This document shows, piece after piece, positions 29,898-38,309 of a DNA stretch of 64,000 bases. The first letter of the stretch is position 1. Every line of letters starts with the position of its first letter. The stretch is taken from the sequence record KY794643.1. One strand, written 5' to 3'. The notes under the pieces are model-generated. The model searched no databases and was not told the DNA's origin. It worked only from the letters and a program-made list of their open reading frames with translations. The translations under genes and the position numbers were made by a program. This DNA is from Staphylococcus phage vB_Sau_S24.

Positions 29898-32171
29898 ATG
29901 AAACAATTAGTATTAATGAGAGGGGTGCCGGGAGCCGGAAAGTCTACTTTTATTAAAGAGAATGGGTTAGAACCTTACACTCTCTCCCCTGATGAACTTA
30001 GAACAATGCATACAAGCCCTATATATAATGAGCAAGGAATGAAAGTTATATCTCAGAAACACGATAATAAAGTTTGGGATAACCTAATGGAAATTCTTGA
30101 AGAAAGAATGATTAATGGGGATTTTACTGTTATTGATGCTACGCACTCTACAGGAAAATTAATTAAAAAATATGAGACACTAGCTCGTAAATATCGTTAT
30201 CGTACTTATGTAGTAACTATTGAGCAAGATTTAGACACATTAATTGAACGTAATAACCAAAGAAAAGAGTTAAAAAAGGTTCCTGAAGAAGTAATTTACA
30301 ATATTTATGAAAGGTTACAACATGAACATATCCCTAGTTATGCTACAGAAATTAGCTCAGATGAATTAATGGATAAGATTAAATGGAAAAAAGATTCCTT
30401 TGATGCCGATAATTATGATAAAATCCATGTTATTGGGGACGTTCATTCATGTTTTACAGTAATTAATCAGTTTGCAAGTTATCAAAAAATTATTGATAAT
30501 CCAAATGAGTTATTTATCTTTGTCGGGGACTACTTTGATAGAGGTTTAGAGACTAAAGAGGTGTTTGATTACTTAGAACTAATTTATAAACAACCTAATG
30601 TAGTGTTGTTGGAAGGTAATCATGAGAGACACTTAAGACGATATGCCTTTTTAGATGAGGAAGATTATTTAAGTTTAGATTGTACAGATAAAGATTTCTA
30701 TGATACTGCAATGAAATTATTCCATGCAAGAGGTTTTATTCCTACGCTTAAAGAATTCATGACATATGGAATTACTCAAAAACAAGTAAGACGTATTGTT
30801 CATAAATTACAGCAAATAGTATACTTCAATTATAAAGGGCAATACTATATGATTAATCATGGTGGTATCTTACCTAATATGTTAGATGACATTAACTTAG
30901 TATCAACTCACCAAATCATTAATGGCGTAGGTGGGTATGAATATCAAATTGATGAGCAATGGGATGACTCAGATGTTATTCAGATTCACGGTCACAGAAA
31001 TCTTTATAGGGAGCCTTTAGATGTAACAAAACAATCTATTAATTTAGAGGGAAGAGTTGAAAAAGGAGGTTCTTTAAGAGCTGTAACGATTAATGAAGAC
31101 AATACTTTAACGCCTTATGAAATTAAAAACGAAGTATATGATTCTAAATTTTTATTAAACAATGACTATACAGAAGATATTGACCCTAATCTAACAGTTG
31201 AAGATTATTTAAAACTAGCAAAAGAAGACCCCTATATTAAAGTCGTACCTCAATATGATAATGTAGTATCTGTAAACTTTACTAGAAAGGCTTTTAGCAG
31301 AAAGCATTGGAACCAATTATCTGTTACTGCTAGAGGATTATTTATTGATGAGAGTACAAATAAAATTGTTGGTAGAGGGTATAATAAATTCTTTAATATT
31401 AATGAAAGACCTGAAACAAAATTAGAAAATCTACCTGATACTTTAGAATTCCCTGTATATGCTTCATTAAAATATAATGGATTCTTGGGGTTAATGTTCT
31501 ATGACAATAATCGTGATGAACTAATTTACGCTAGCAAATCGAAAACACATTTATCACAACATGATAATTCTTTTGCTCTATTATTTAAAGAAATTGTTGA
31601 AGAAACATGGACTACTGAACAAATTAAAAATACAAAAAAATATTTAAAAGAAACAAATAAAACACTTTTATTTGAAGTAATAGATAATATTAATGACCCT
31701 CATATTATTGATGATGGAGATAAAAGAAGAGTAGTATTATTAGATGCTGTTGACAACACGCTTAAATTTAATAAACTAGTTGGAGAAGAGCTCATTTATC
31801 TTGCAGTAAATGTGATTGGTATTGATAAAAATGTATCCACTTCTAATTTCTCTTTCTCTAATTGGAATGACTTATTTACTTTTTACCAAGACTTAGAAAA
31901 AGATAATTCTTTTGCAATAGAAGGGTTTGTGTTAGAAGACTCTAATGGGTTCATGTTAAAATATAAAACACCATATTACAATAATTGGAAATATATGAGA
32001 AGTTTAGTTGATTCATTATCAAAGGATAACTTACAAAGAAGACCTATTCAAGCAATCTTACAAAAAGATAAAACTCTTACAGACTTTTATTACTGGGCAA
32101 AACAACAAGACAAAGAATATTTAAAGAACGATATTATTACTTTAAGAAATGATTTCTACAAAGAATTATAA
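29898..32171 (+). CDS. Pnkp-like three-domain RNA repair enzyme: P-loop polynucleotide kinase, calcineurin-type phosphoesterase and RNA-ligase-like nucleotidyltransferase
   Basis: N-terminal Walker A (LMRGVPGAGKST). Middle binuclear metallophosphatase motifs (GDVHSCF, GDYFDRG, GNHE, GHRN). C-terminal ligase motifs I (SLKYNGFLG), IV (EGFVLED) and V (LKYKTPYY). The true ATG at 29898 follows AAGGAGGAAAG. Confidence 0.7.
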   Translation: MKQLVLMRGVPGAGKSTFIKENGLEPYTLSPDELRTMHTSPIYNEQGMKVISQKHDNKVWDNLMEILEERMINGDFTVIDATHSTGKLIKKYETLARKYRYRTYVVTIEQDLDTLIERNNQRKELKKVPEEVIYNIYERLQHEHIPSYATEISSDELMDKIKWKKDSFDADNYDKIHVIGDVHSCFTVINQFASYQKIIDNPNELFIFVGDYFDRGLETKEVFDYLELIYKQPNVVLLEGNHERHLRRYAFLDEEDYLSLDCTDKDFYDTAMKLFHARGFIPTLKEFMTYGITQKQVRRIVHKLQQIVYFNYKGQYYMINHGGILPNMLDDINLVSTHQIINGVGGYEYQIDEQWDDSDVIQIHGHRNLYREPLDVTKQSINLEGRVEKGGSLRAVTINEDNTLTPYEIKNEVYDSKFLLNNDYTEDIDPNLTVEDYLKLAKEDPYIKVVPQYDNVVSVNFTRKAFSRKHWNQLSVTARGLFIDESTNKIVGRGYNKFFNINERPETKLENLPDTLEFPVYASLKYNGFLGLMFYDNNRDELIYASKSKTHLSQHDNSFALLFKEIVEETWTTEQIKNTKKYLKETNKTLLFEVIDNINDPHIIDDGDKRRVVLLDAVDNTLKFNKLVGEELIYLAVNVIGIDKNVSTSNFSFSNWNDLFTFYQDLEKDNSFAIEGFVLEDSNGFMLKYKTPYYNNWKYMRSLVDSLSKDNLQRRPIQAILQKDKTLTDFYYWAKQQDKEYLKNDIITLRNDFYKEL

Positions 32172-32211
32172 GATTAGTCCTTAACAGGGCTTTTCTTTTT
32201 ACTATATACTG

Positions 32212-32240
32212 TTGACATTAAATAAATAATGTGTTAAGAT
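32212..32240 (+). promoter_or_regulatory. conserved promoter/leader module, copy 2
   Basis: CTGTTGACATTAAATAAATAATGTGTTAAGATTAATATATAAT is nearly identical to copy 1 at 29835-29877. Confidence 0.55.
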
Positions 32241-32270
32241 TAATATATAATAAATTAGGAGGAGTTAATT

Positions 32271-32540
32271 ATGAAAGTATTAAACATAAAAGAAATTGTA
32301 GGAGTTAAAAGTGCACTAAATAATTTAGGGATTAACAATATTAAAAAAGAGTTTAAAGATGGTTTTTGGACTTTAAAATCTATGACTAAAAATAACTATA
32401 TAGAAATTGATAATTCTACTAATCAAGATAACTATGTGAATTTAAAATATTATGCAAGACCTGATAGTTCTTATATGTCATCTGTACAAGTAGAAATAGA
32501 TTTTTTAGAAAGCTTTTTGGGAAGACAAGTAAATTATTAA
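32271..32540 (+). CDS. hypothetical protein (89 aa)
   Basis: RBS TAGGAGGAGTTAATT. Confidence 0.5.
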   Translation: MKVLNIKEIVGVKSALNNLGINNIKKEFKDGFWTLKSMTKNNYIEIDNSTNQDNYVNLKYYARPDSSYMSSVQVEIDFLESFLGRQVNY

Positions 32541-32568
32541 AACATAGATTTTATAAGGAGGAATAGTT

Positions 32569-32958
32569 ATGTATAGATTTTTATTGTTTAGTTATGCTGA
32601 GTATTACCCTAGTGGTGGATTGGACGATTTGATATTGCAGTTTAATACAATAGAAGAACTTAAAGAAGTAGATACTTTTGATATATCTGATTATGTTGAA
32701 GTTTATGATTTTAAAGCAGGAGAAGAAATATTTGGAGACCATTCACCAGATAGCAGGGAGCATAAAGTAGCTAAGTTAGTTTCTCAGATGGAAGAGTATT
32801 TAAAAAACAATGCTTGGGATTTAAAAAGTCCTAAACCTGGAGTTAGAAATGAGAAAACGTTAGAAGAAATGATGGAAGATAGCCATAATAAGTTTGGTGA
32901 ATTGTATAAAGGTTTAGCAGAGATTGAGAGAAAAGAAAAGGAAGATGATTTAAAATAA
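32569..32958 (+). CDS. acidic hypothetical protein (129 aa)
   Basis: RBS TAAGGAGGAATAG. Confidence 0.5.
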   Translation: MYRFLLFSYAEYYPSGGLDDLILQFNTIEELKEVDTFDISDYVEVYDFKAGEEIFGDHSPDSREHKVAKLVSQMEEYLKNNAWDLKSPKPGVRNEKTLEEMMEDSHNKFGELYKGLAEIERKEKEDDLK

Positions 32959-32984
32959 AAATTTTATAGGAGGAGATTTTATAA

Positions 32985-33134
32985 ATGGGACATTACGTTG
33001 ATGATACAGAACAAAGATTATTATTCCTCGAGAGGGTTGTAGCGGTATTAATAGCAGAAAAAAAGGGCGTTGAATTAGATAGTGAAGATGAAGACATGCT
33101 TGATGAACTATTAGAAGAAAAATACTATAGATAA
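32985..33134 (+). CDS. small acidic protein (49 aa), a candidate only
   Basis: RBS TAGGAGGAGATTTTATAA precedes the ATG. Confidence 0.4.
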   Translation: MGHYVDDTEQRLLFLERVVAVLIAEKKGVELDSEDEDMLDELLEEKYYR

Positions 33135-33173
33135 AAACATATTTAAAATAACCGTTTTATAGGAGGAATTATA

Positions 33174-33485
33174 ATGAATGCATTTCAAGCTAGAACGTTA
33201 TCTATTGTAACTAAATTAGAAGCAAATAAAGAGTACAAAGAAATGTTACCTACACATATAAGAAGTGCTTTAGAAGATATTGATAAGAGAATTGAATATG
33301 AAGCTAGTGTAGGTCGTACAAAGCTAATAGTAAAAGAAGCAGATTATCCTATCCTTAACAAAGAAGCATTTAAAGATATAAAAGAAGATTTAAAGAAAAA
33401 AGGGTTTAAAGTAAAGTTTAAAACTTTTAAAAAAGACTATGGTATGGCTACACTTATCTCTGAGGGATTACTTATTAAGTGGTAA
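33174..33485 (+). CDS. hypothetical protein (103 aa)
   Basis: RBS TAGGAGGAATTATA. Confidence 0.5.
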   Translation: MNAFQARTLSIVTKLEANKEYKEMLPTHIRSALEDIDKRIEYEASVGRTKLIVKEADYPILNKEAFKDIKEDLKKKGFKVKFKTFKKDYGMATLISEGLLIKW

Positions 33486-33493
33486 GGAGTAAA

Positions 33494-33580
33494 GAGAATA
33501 AATTAAAAAACTTTAACTCTATCTATTGACATAGGTAGAGTTTTACTATATACTAAGAGTATATCAAATAAGGAGATGAT
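33494..33580 (+). promoter_or_regulatory. 70-bp terminator/promoter/leader module (hairpin CTCTATCTAT-TGAC-ATAGGTAGAG with the -35 box in its loop), second copy of 28531-28600
   Basis: AAAAACTTTAACTCTATCTATTGAC(A/T)TAGGTAGAGTTTTA..TATACTAAGAGTATATCAAATAAGGAGATG occurs at both sites. Confidence 0.55.
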
Positions 33581-33585
33581 TTGGA

Positions 33586-34677
33586 ATGAGAAAGAAATGG
33601 ACTGATAAGGATTTTAAGTTTAACAGAGGTGATATTGTAAAAGGCGTAGAGATACTGGGGTATACGTATACAAAGTTTAATGATGAGAAATATAATAAAG
33701 CTTTTTGGGTAAAAAATATAAAAGAAAATATTGTTTTTAAGATAGAACAGAATGCTATAAAGAGAAGTAAGTCTACTAACTTACTACCAAAAGGTAAACA
33801 AGCTAGGTTATTTAATACAGTAGCTAAGAAACGTCCTGACTTAATTCCTTTTATTGTTAATAAGGAAGACCTGCAACTTCAACCAGGCTCAAATAAAAAA
33901 GTTAAAGTAAGATGCCCTATCTGCAAGAAAATAAATGAAAAACCTATGATGGTTAATGATTTAGTACGAAGCGGTTTTAATTGTAAGGACTGTACTTTAC
34001 ATAAATCATTTCCCCAACAAGTCATAGAAGCTTATTTATCTTTGAATGATATAGAATATATTACTGAGTATCATATTAGACATAATAATAAAAATAGATA
34101 TATAGATATTATGATTCCTAGTAAAAATATAGCTATCGAAATTCACGGTTATCAACATTACAATGATGTCGTATATTGGAAAAACACGTTAGAGCATCAT
34201 GAAATATCTACAACAATAAAGAAACAATACTGTAAAACTCACAGTATAAAACTAATAGAGATTAATGCAAAAGAGTCTAAACTACCTTATATAAAAAGAA
34301 GTGTAAGGAGCACAGAACTATCTTATATTTTATCTATATCAGATACAGAGGTAATGCAATACGTTCAGACTAATAACTACATCTTAAGAGAAATGGTAGC
34401 TATGTATAAAGAAGGTCACACATTAAAAGAAATAGGCAATAAGTTTAATATGAGCAGTTCCGGTGTAGGTAAAAGAATGACTCAGTTAGGGTTAAAGTCA
34501 CGAGGAAAAAGACCTGTTAAATGTATAACTACTGGAGAAGTATTTGAAAGTGTAAGAGAAGCTAGTAGATGGGCAGGGATAAAGAATAGCGGAAACATCT
34601 GTAATAATATATCCGGGAGAAGTAAATACGCAGGAGAACATAGAGGGGAGAAACTACAATGGGAGTATGTTGACTAA
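33586..34677 (+). CDS. free-standing protein resembling a homing endonuclease: zinc finger, Vsr/DUF559-like nuclease core and AP2/HNH_3-type C-terminal DNA-binding domain
   Basis: CxxC..CxxC (CPICKK...CKDCTL). IDIMIPSKNIAIEIHGYQHY resembles the DUF559/Vsr fold. The C-terminus (VFESVREASRWAGIKNSGNICNNISGRSKYAGEHRGEKLQWEYV) resembles the AP2-like tails of phage HNH endonucleases. Confidence 0.5.
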   Translation: MRKKWTDKDFKFNRGDIVKGVEILGYTYTKFNDEKYNKAFWVKNIKENIVFKIEQNAIKRSKSTNLLPKGKQARLFNTVAKKRPDLIPFIVNKEDLQLQPGSNKKVKVRCPICKKINEKPMMVNDLVRSGFNCKDCTLHKSFPQQVIEAYLSLNDIEYITEYHIRHNNKNRYIDIMIPSKNIAIEIHGYQHYNDVVYWKNTLEHHEISTTIKKQYCKTHSIKLIEINAKESKLPYIKRSVRSTELSYILSISDTEVMQYVQTNNYILREMVAMYKEGHTLKEIGNKFNMSSSGVGKRMTQLGLKSRGKRPVKCITTGEVFESVREASRWAGIKNSGNICNNISGRSKYAGEHRGEKLQWEYVD

Positions 34678-35214
34678 TAAGAAACAAATAAAAACAAATC
34701 AAAACAAATCTAAGTACCTGGGAATTCTTTTACCTCTCCCACTCAGCCTATTACTTACTACCGACTTTCCTAACTACTTATTCTATAGTTATACTATTCA
34801 TTTATTATACAATAGTAAACTATAGTATTCTACCTGTAAACTATGCTGAAGAGGTAGTAATCTATTGTTATTATATAATAAACTTATCTAATGGTATGTT
34901 AATCTATGATGTTACACAAATATAGAAAATAGCTTAAATTTAGAAAATATATAAAACTTTCCCTAGGGGAAAAGTATATACCTATGTACTATAAAGGCTG
35001 TAGGTATGAGATTCTATATTTTAGTATTCTTATGTTACACAAATATATCCGCTTCAATTACAATTAATTGTTGACGGATATGAAGCGGTATGTTATACTT
35101 AGTATATAAAGTTAAGAGGAGGAGTTAATTATGACTAGAGAAGAAATGGAAATGGAACAAGCTAGACAAGACTACGTAACTGCAAAAACAATCAGAAACT
35201 TTTAATCAAAAGTA

Positions 35215-35243
35215 TTGACATTCAATAAGTAGTATGGTAAGAT
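35215..35243 (+). promoter_or_regulatory. conserved promoter/leader module, copy 3
   Basis: TTGACATTCAATAAGTAGTATGGTAAGATTAGTATATAATCAATTAGGAGGAG. Confidence 0.5.
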
Positions 35244-35272
35244 TAGTATATAATCAATTAGGAGGAGAAGTA

Positions 35273-36064
35273 ATGAAATTTCATTTAAATAGTAATATTG
35301 TAGAAGGTACACCTGAGGAGTTAGTAGAGTACTTAAGACTACTAGAAGCGGAGAGCACTGAGAATGATAAAGATAAAGATGAAGGGGAAGAAGTATATAA
35401 CGATGTATATGATAAAGGAGCTTTCTATACAGTAACTGATGAGGCTGAGGATTCAGCATTGCCTGTAGGTGCTATTCTTCAACATCAACATGGTAGAATG
35501 TTTAGAGATTCACAAGGGAATCTATGTATTATCTCTAGACCATCTCTTTTAAATAGAGGACATGTGAATGGTGATGAAATTAAAAAACAACGTTTTGAAC
35601 TAGCTAAACAATTAGGTATTCAACTAACGACTACTATAGATTTTGCTGAGGAAGCTAAAGGTAAATACTTCAAGGTAACAAAAAAGTACTCACACTTAGA
35701 TGTGGGAGACCTTGTTACTATTGATTATGACGAGGAAGATACTCAACCACTATGTAGGGATAAATATGGTAACTCCCTTTATGTGTGTATACATGACCTG
35801 GAGTTATTAGAAGATGCTCCTATGGGATATACATTTTGGTATATAGACGGAGTTTATAATCGTACCAATAATGTACTCGAAGCAACACTTGACGGAGACT
35901 TTGAAGATTCAACAGGAACTAGGTATACTTATCAAGCTGTACATGGTTTGATAAAACCTCTTGATAAAGAAGATGCTCGTAAGCACTTTGAAGAAGCTAA
36001 GCATTATGACTGCCTATTAAAGTATTATTCTACAGTGGATGAATTTACGATGTCTAAATATTAA
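35273..36064 (+). CDS. hypothetical protein (263 aa); the true ATG is downstream of a leader-encoded false extension
   Basis: ATG 35273 follows AATTAGGAGGAGAAGTA. A GAAGCGGTTATCCGCTTC hairpin lies just after the stop. Confidence 0.55.
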   Translation: MKFHLNSNIVEGTPEELVEYLRLLEAESTENDKDKDEGEEVYNDVYDKGAFYTVTDEAEDSALPVGAILQHQHGRMFRDSQGNLCIISRPSLLNRGHVNGDEIKKQRFELAKQLGIQLTTTIDFAEEAKGKYFKVTKKYSHLDVGDLVTIDYDEEDTQPLCRDKYGNSLYVCIHDLELLEDAPMGYTFWYIDGVYNRTNNVLEATLDGDFEDSTGTRYTYQAVHGLIKPLDKEDARKHFEEAKHYDCLLKYYSTVDEFTMSKY

Positions 36065-36195
36065 TTAACAATTGAAGCGGTTATCCGCTTCTCCTACTTA
36101 GAGTATATAAGTAATTGTATATTGTAAGTAGGAGTGATTAACCTACAGACCTTTTAGACTGAGGTCGAGTCATTTTGGTTTGTTCCAAACGCCGG

Positions 36196-36226
36196 CACCC
36201 TATTGGCAGATAGGGTGTTTTTTTTA
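36196..36226 (+). terminator. strong rho-independent terminator (CACCCTAT-tggcag-ATAGGGTG followed by T8) ending a 160-nt non-coding segment that contains four hairpins
   Basis: Read directly from the sequence. Confidence 0.75.
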
Positions 36227-36234
36227 TTTATCTG

Positions 36235-36263
36235 TTGACAAGTAGTAAGTAGTGTGGTAAGAT
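36235..36263 (+). promoter_or_regulatory. conserved promoter/leader module, copy 4
   Basis: TTGACAAGTAGTAAGTAGTGTGGTAAGATTAGTATATAAATTAATTAGGAGTGG. Confidence 0.5.
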
Positions 36264-36293
36264 TAGTATATAAATTAATTAGGAGTGGTTACA

Positions 36294-36587
36294 ATGATTA
36301 GTATTTATTTACGTAGGGATTATAGTAAAAATAAATTAAAAGGTATCCTTAAAGAAATAAAAGGGTTTGCTCCTAGGGAGTTAACCTATGGTGTTGACAA
36401 TGTAGAAGCGGATGTTAATATTGAGGGATTATTAAGGGATGATGTAGATATATTTTATTCTTTAACATTACGTTACCCTGATGATATTAATATCCTAGTA
36501 GGAGATAGCGGGTATATGATAATGTACCAGGATGATTATCTTACAATTCCTGGGCTGAGAGTGGTTATAGAGGAGGCGTTATTATGA
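36294..36587 (+). CDS. ~100-aa paralogous family, tandem copy 1 of 6
   Basis: MISIYLRRDYSKNKLKGILKEIKGFAPRELTYGVDNVEADVNIEG. Consensus: M-I-x-I-(F/Y)-x(4)-Y-x-K-x-x-L-x-x-L-L-x-x-I-x(6)-R-x-L-T-Y-x(7-9)-(E/D)-A-D-V. Confidence 0.6.
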   Translation: MISIYLRRDYSKNKLKGILKEIKGFAPRELTYGVDNVEADVNIEGLLRDDVDIFYSLTLRYPDDINILVGDSGYMIMYQDDYLTIPGLRVVIEEALL

Positions 36588-36766
36588 ATAAAGTATTAGA
36601 ATTTGTTATGTATTATATATTGTATTTAGTAGCAGGATTTATAGGTGTTTGTGTAGGTAATTTAGTTACAGGAGGAGATATTAATCCTTTTACCTTTTGG
36701 TTACCTTATGTATTTGCTTTAATATTTGCTATAGTAGATTATAGAAGTAGTAACAAGGAGGAATAG
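36584..36766 (+). CDS. small membrane protein (60 aa)
   Basis: ATGA overlap; two TM helices. Confidence 0.45.
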   Translation: MNKVLEFVMYYILYLVAGFIGVCVGNLVTGGDINPFTFWLPYVFALIFAIVDYRSSNKEE

Positions 36767-36768
36767 AT

Positions 36769-37068
36769 ATGATAATATTATACAGAGAGAACTTCAAAAG
36801 AGATACAATGTCAGAACTGCTTACACTAATACAGGATATTAAGCCTGATTGGACTTATTCCTTTAATGATGATAGTGAAGCGGATGTAAAGGTTATAAAG
36901 CATACTGGAAGTAGTTTACCTGATACCGCAGAGGAATTAGTTGAAAGTACTGGAGGATTAGTTATATCTATAGTTGGGAATGGTTGTGTATCAGAATGCC
37001 CTAAGGAATTTAATGCAGGTATGACTGATGTTAGAGAACATATTAGAACATACACATATGGAAAGTAA
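36769..37068 (+). CDS. ~100-aa paralogous family, tandem copy 2
   Basis: MIILYRENFKRDTMSELLTLIQDIKPDWTYSFNDDSEADVKVIKH. RBS AAGGAGGAATAG. Confidence 0.6.
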   Translation: MIILYRENFKRDTMSELLTLIQDIKPDWTYSFNDDSEADVKVIKHTGSSLPDTAEELVESTGGLVISIVGNGCVSECPKEFNAGMTDVREHIRTYTYGK

Positions 37069-37083
37069 TAAGGAGGAATAGAT

Positions 37084-37269
37084 ATGATAGGATTCACAAT
37101 ATTAATTACAATAATAGTTATCATGACTATAGCTATGTACACTCAGGTGTTAGTAGATATGATTCAATCAATCAGATATGATAGATTTGATAAGGTACTT
37201 AACATAGTAACGTTTATACTTATGACAGTTGTACTAGTATCAGGTATTTTAATTATGTTTGGCATTTAG
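37084..37269 (+). CDS. small membrane protein (61 aa)
   Basis: RBS TAAGGAGGAATAGAT. Two TM helices. Confidence 0.45.
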   Translation: MIGFTILITIIVIMTIAMYTQVLVDMIQSIRYDRFDKVLNIVTFILMTVVLVSGILIMFGI

Positions 37270-37376
37270 AGCTCATTTAAGAGTATTCTAAGTAGTAGAG
37301 GATAAATTGTACTAGAAATATAATAGAAGCTCTGTATGGAAGGCTGAGAGGGCTTAGAATTGAAAGGAGAGATTTA

Positions 37377-37691
37377 ATGCAAGCAACTATATACTGTGCT
37401 AATAGGTACAGTAAAAATACATTAAAGAGTCTTTTAGAGAAATTAGAAGCGGAGAATAGAAACTTAACATATAGTACTGACATAGCAGATATGAAGGAAG
37501 TGGATGTTATTGTACAACACACTGACCTATCTTTTGCAGAGTTAATGGATTCTTGTGATAGAGTAAGTAAAGGGTCTGACCGCTTCCAAGTATTTGTAGG
37601 TAATCACGCAGGGTATTATATAAACGGTGATTTATACATTAACGAAGTAGGTAAGTTTATTGTACCTAGGAAAACTAATATGATGATGTAG
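37377..37691 (+). CDS. ~100-aa paralogous family, tandem copy 3
   Basis: MQATIYCANRYSKNTLKSLLEKLEAENRNLTYSTDIADMKEVDVIVQH. Confidence 0.6.
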   Translation: MQATIYCANRYSKNTLKSLLEKLEAENRNLTYSTDIADMKEVDVIVQHTDLSFAELMDSCDRVSKGSDRFQVFVGNHAGYYINGDLYINEVGKFIVPRKTNMMM

Positions 37692-37704
37692 AGGGGGAGA
37701 TTTA

Positions 37705-38004
37705 ATGAACATTAAGTTATCTTATACACCTGATTGTAGAAGAGGTAGTTTAAAAGATATAATACATGCAGTAGAAGACAGTAATAGAAGAACTTTAAGA
37801 TACTCTGAATCCATGAGAGAAGAAGCGGATGTATACGTTATTCAAATAGATGATAGTTTTAAAAATTTACAGAAACATACAAAACAGATTTCTGAAGATA
37901 TTCCTGATACTATATTTATCGTAGTAGGTGATTATTGGGAAATATATTATCGAGGGGAAGGGTTAGGTTTAATGAGTGCACTTCCTATTATTAGAGAGGT
38001 ATAA
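37705..38004 (+). CDS. ~100-aa paralogous family, tandem copy 4
   Basis: MNIKLSYTPDCRRGSLKDIIHAVEDSNRRTLRYSESMREEADVYVIQI. Confidence 0.6.
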   Translation: MNIKLSYTPDCRRGSLKDIIHAVEDSNRRTLRYSESMREEADVYVIQIDDSFKNLQKHTKQISEDIPDTIFIVVGDYWEIYYRGEGLGLMSALPIIREV

Positions 38005-38018
38005 AAGGAGGAGATATA

Positions 38019-38309
38019 ATGATTCATATATTTGTAGTAGAGAACTATAATAAAGAAACATTAGGGGATTTACTTGGATATATTAATACTAATGTAGATA
38101 GGGAATTAACTTACGGTCTTAATACAGAGTATGATAAGGATATAGTAGTTGAAATAGATATGCCAATAGATGAGAAAACTGCACGTGAGTTATCAGGTAT
38201 CGACACATTCAAAGGTGACTTATGTATTATTGTAGAAGAAGGTTACTGTAAGGCATTTCTGAATGGTCACCCTACTCTCATACGTACCTATGTAGAAAGG
38301 ATGATATAA
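38019..38309 (+). CDS. ~100-aa paralogous family, tandem copy 5
   Basis: MIHIFVVENYNKETLGDLLGYINTNVDRELTYGLNTEYDKDIVVEI. Confidence 0.6.
   Translation: MIHIFVVENYNKETLGDLLGYINTNVDRELTYGLNTEYDKDIVVEIDMPIDEKTARELSGIDTFKGDLCIIVEEGYCKAFLNGHPTLIRTYVERMI

Noticed and set aside
29856-35272. Upstream extensions of the track ORFs 29856 (MLRLIYNQLRRKVN-) and 35234 (MVRLVYNQLGGEV-)
   Set aside because: The near-identical peptides come from translating the conserved promoter/leader module in frame. The real starts are the ATGs behind the AAGGAGG box, at 29898 and 35273.
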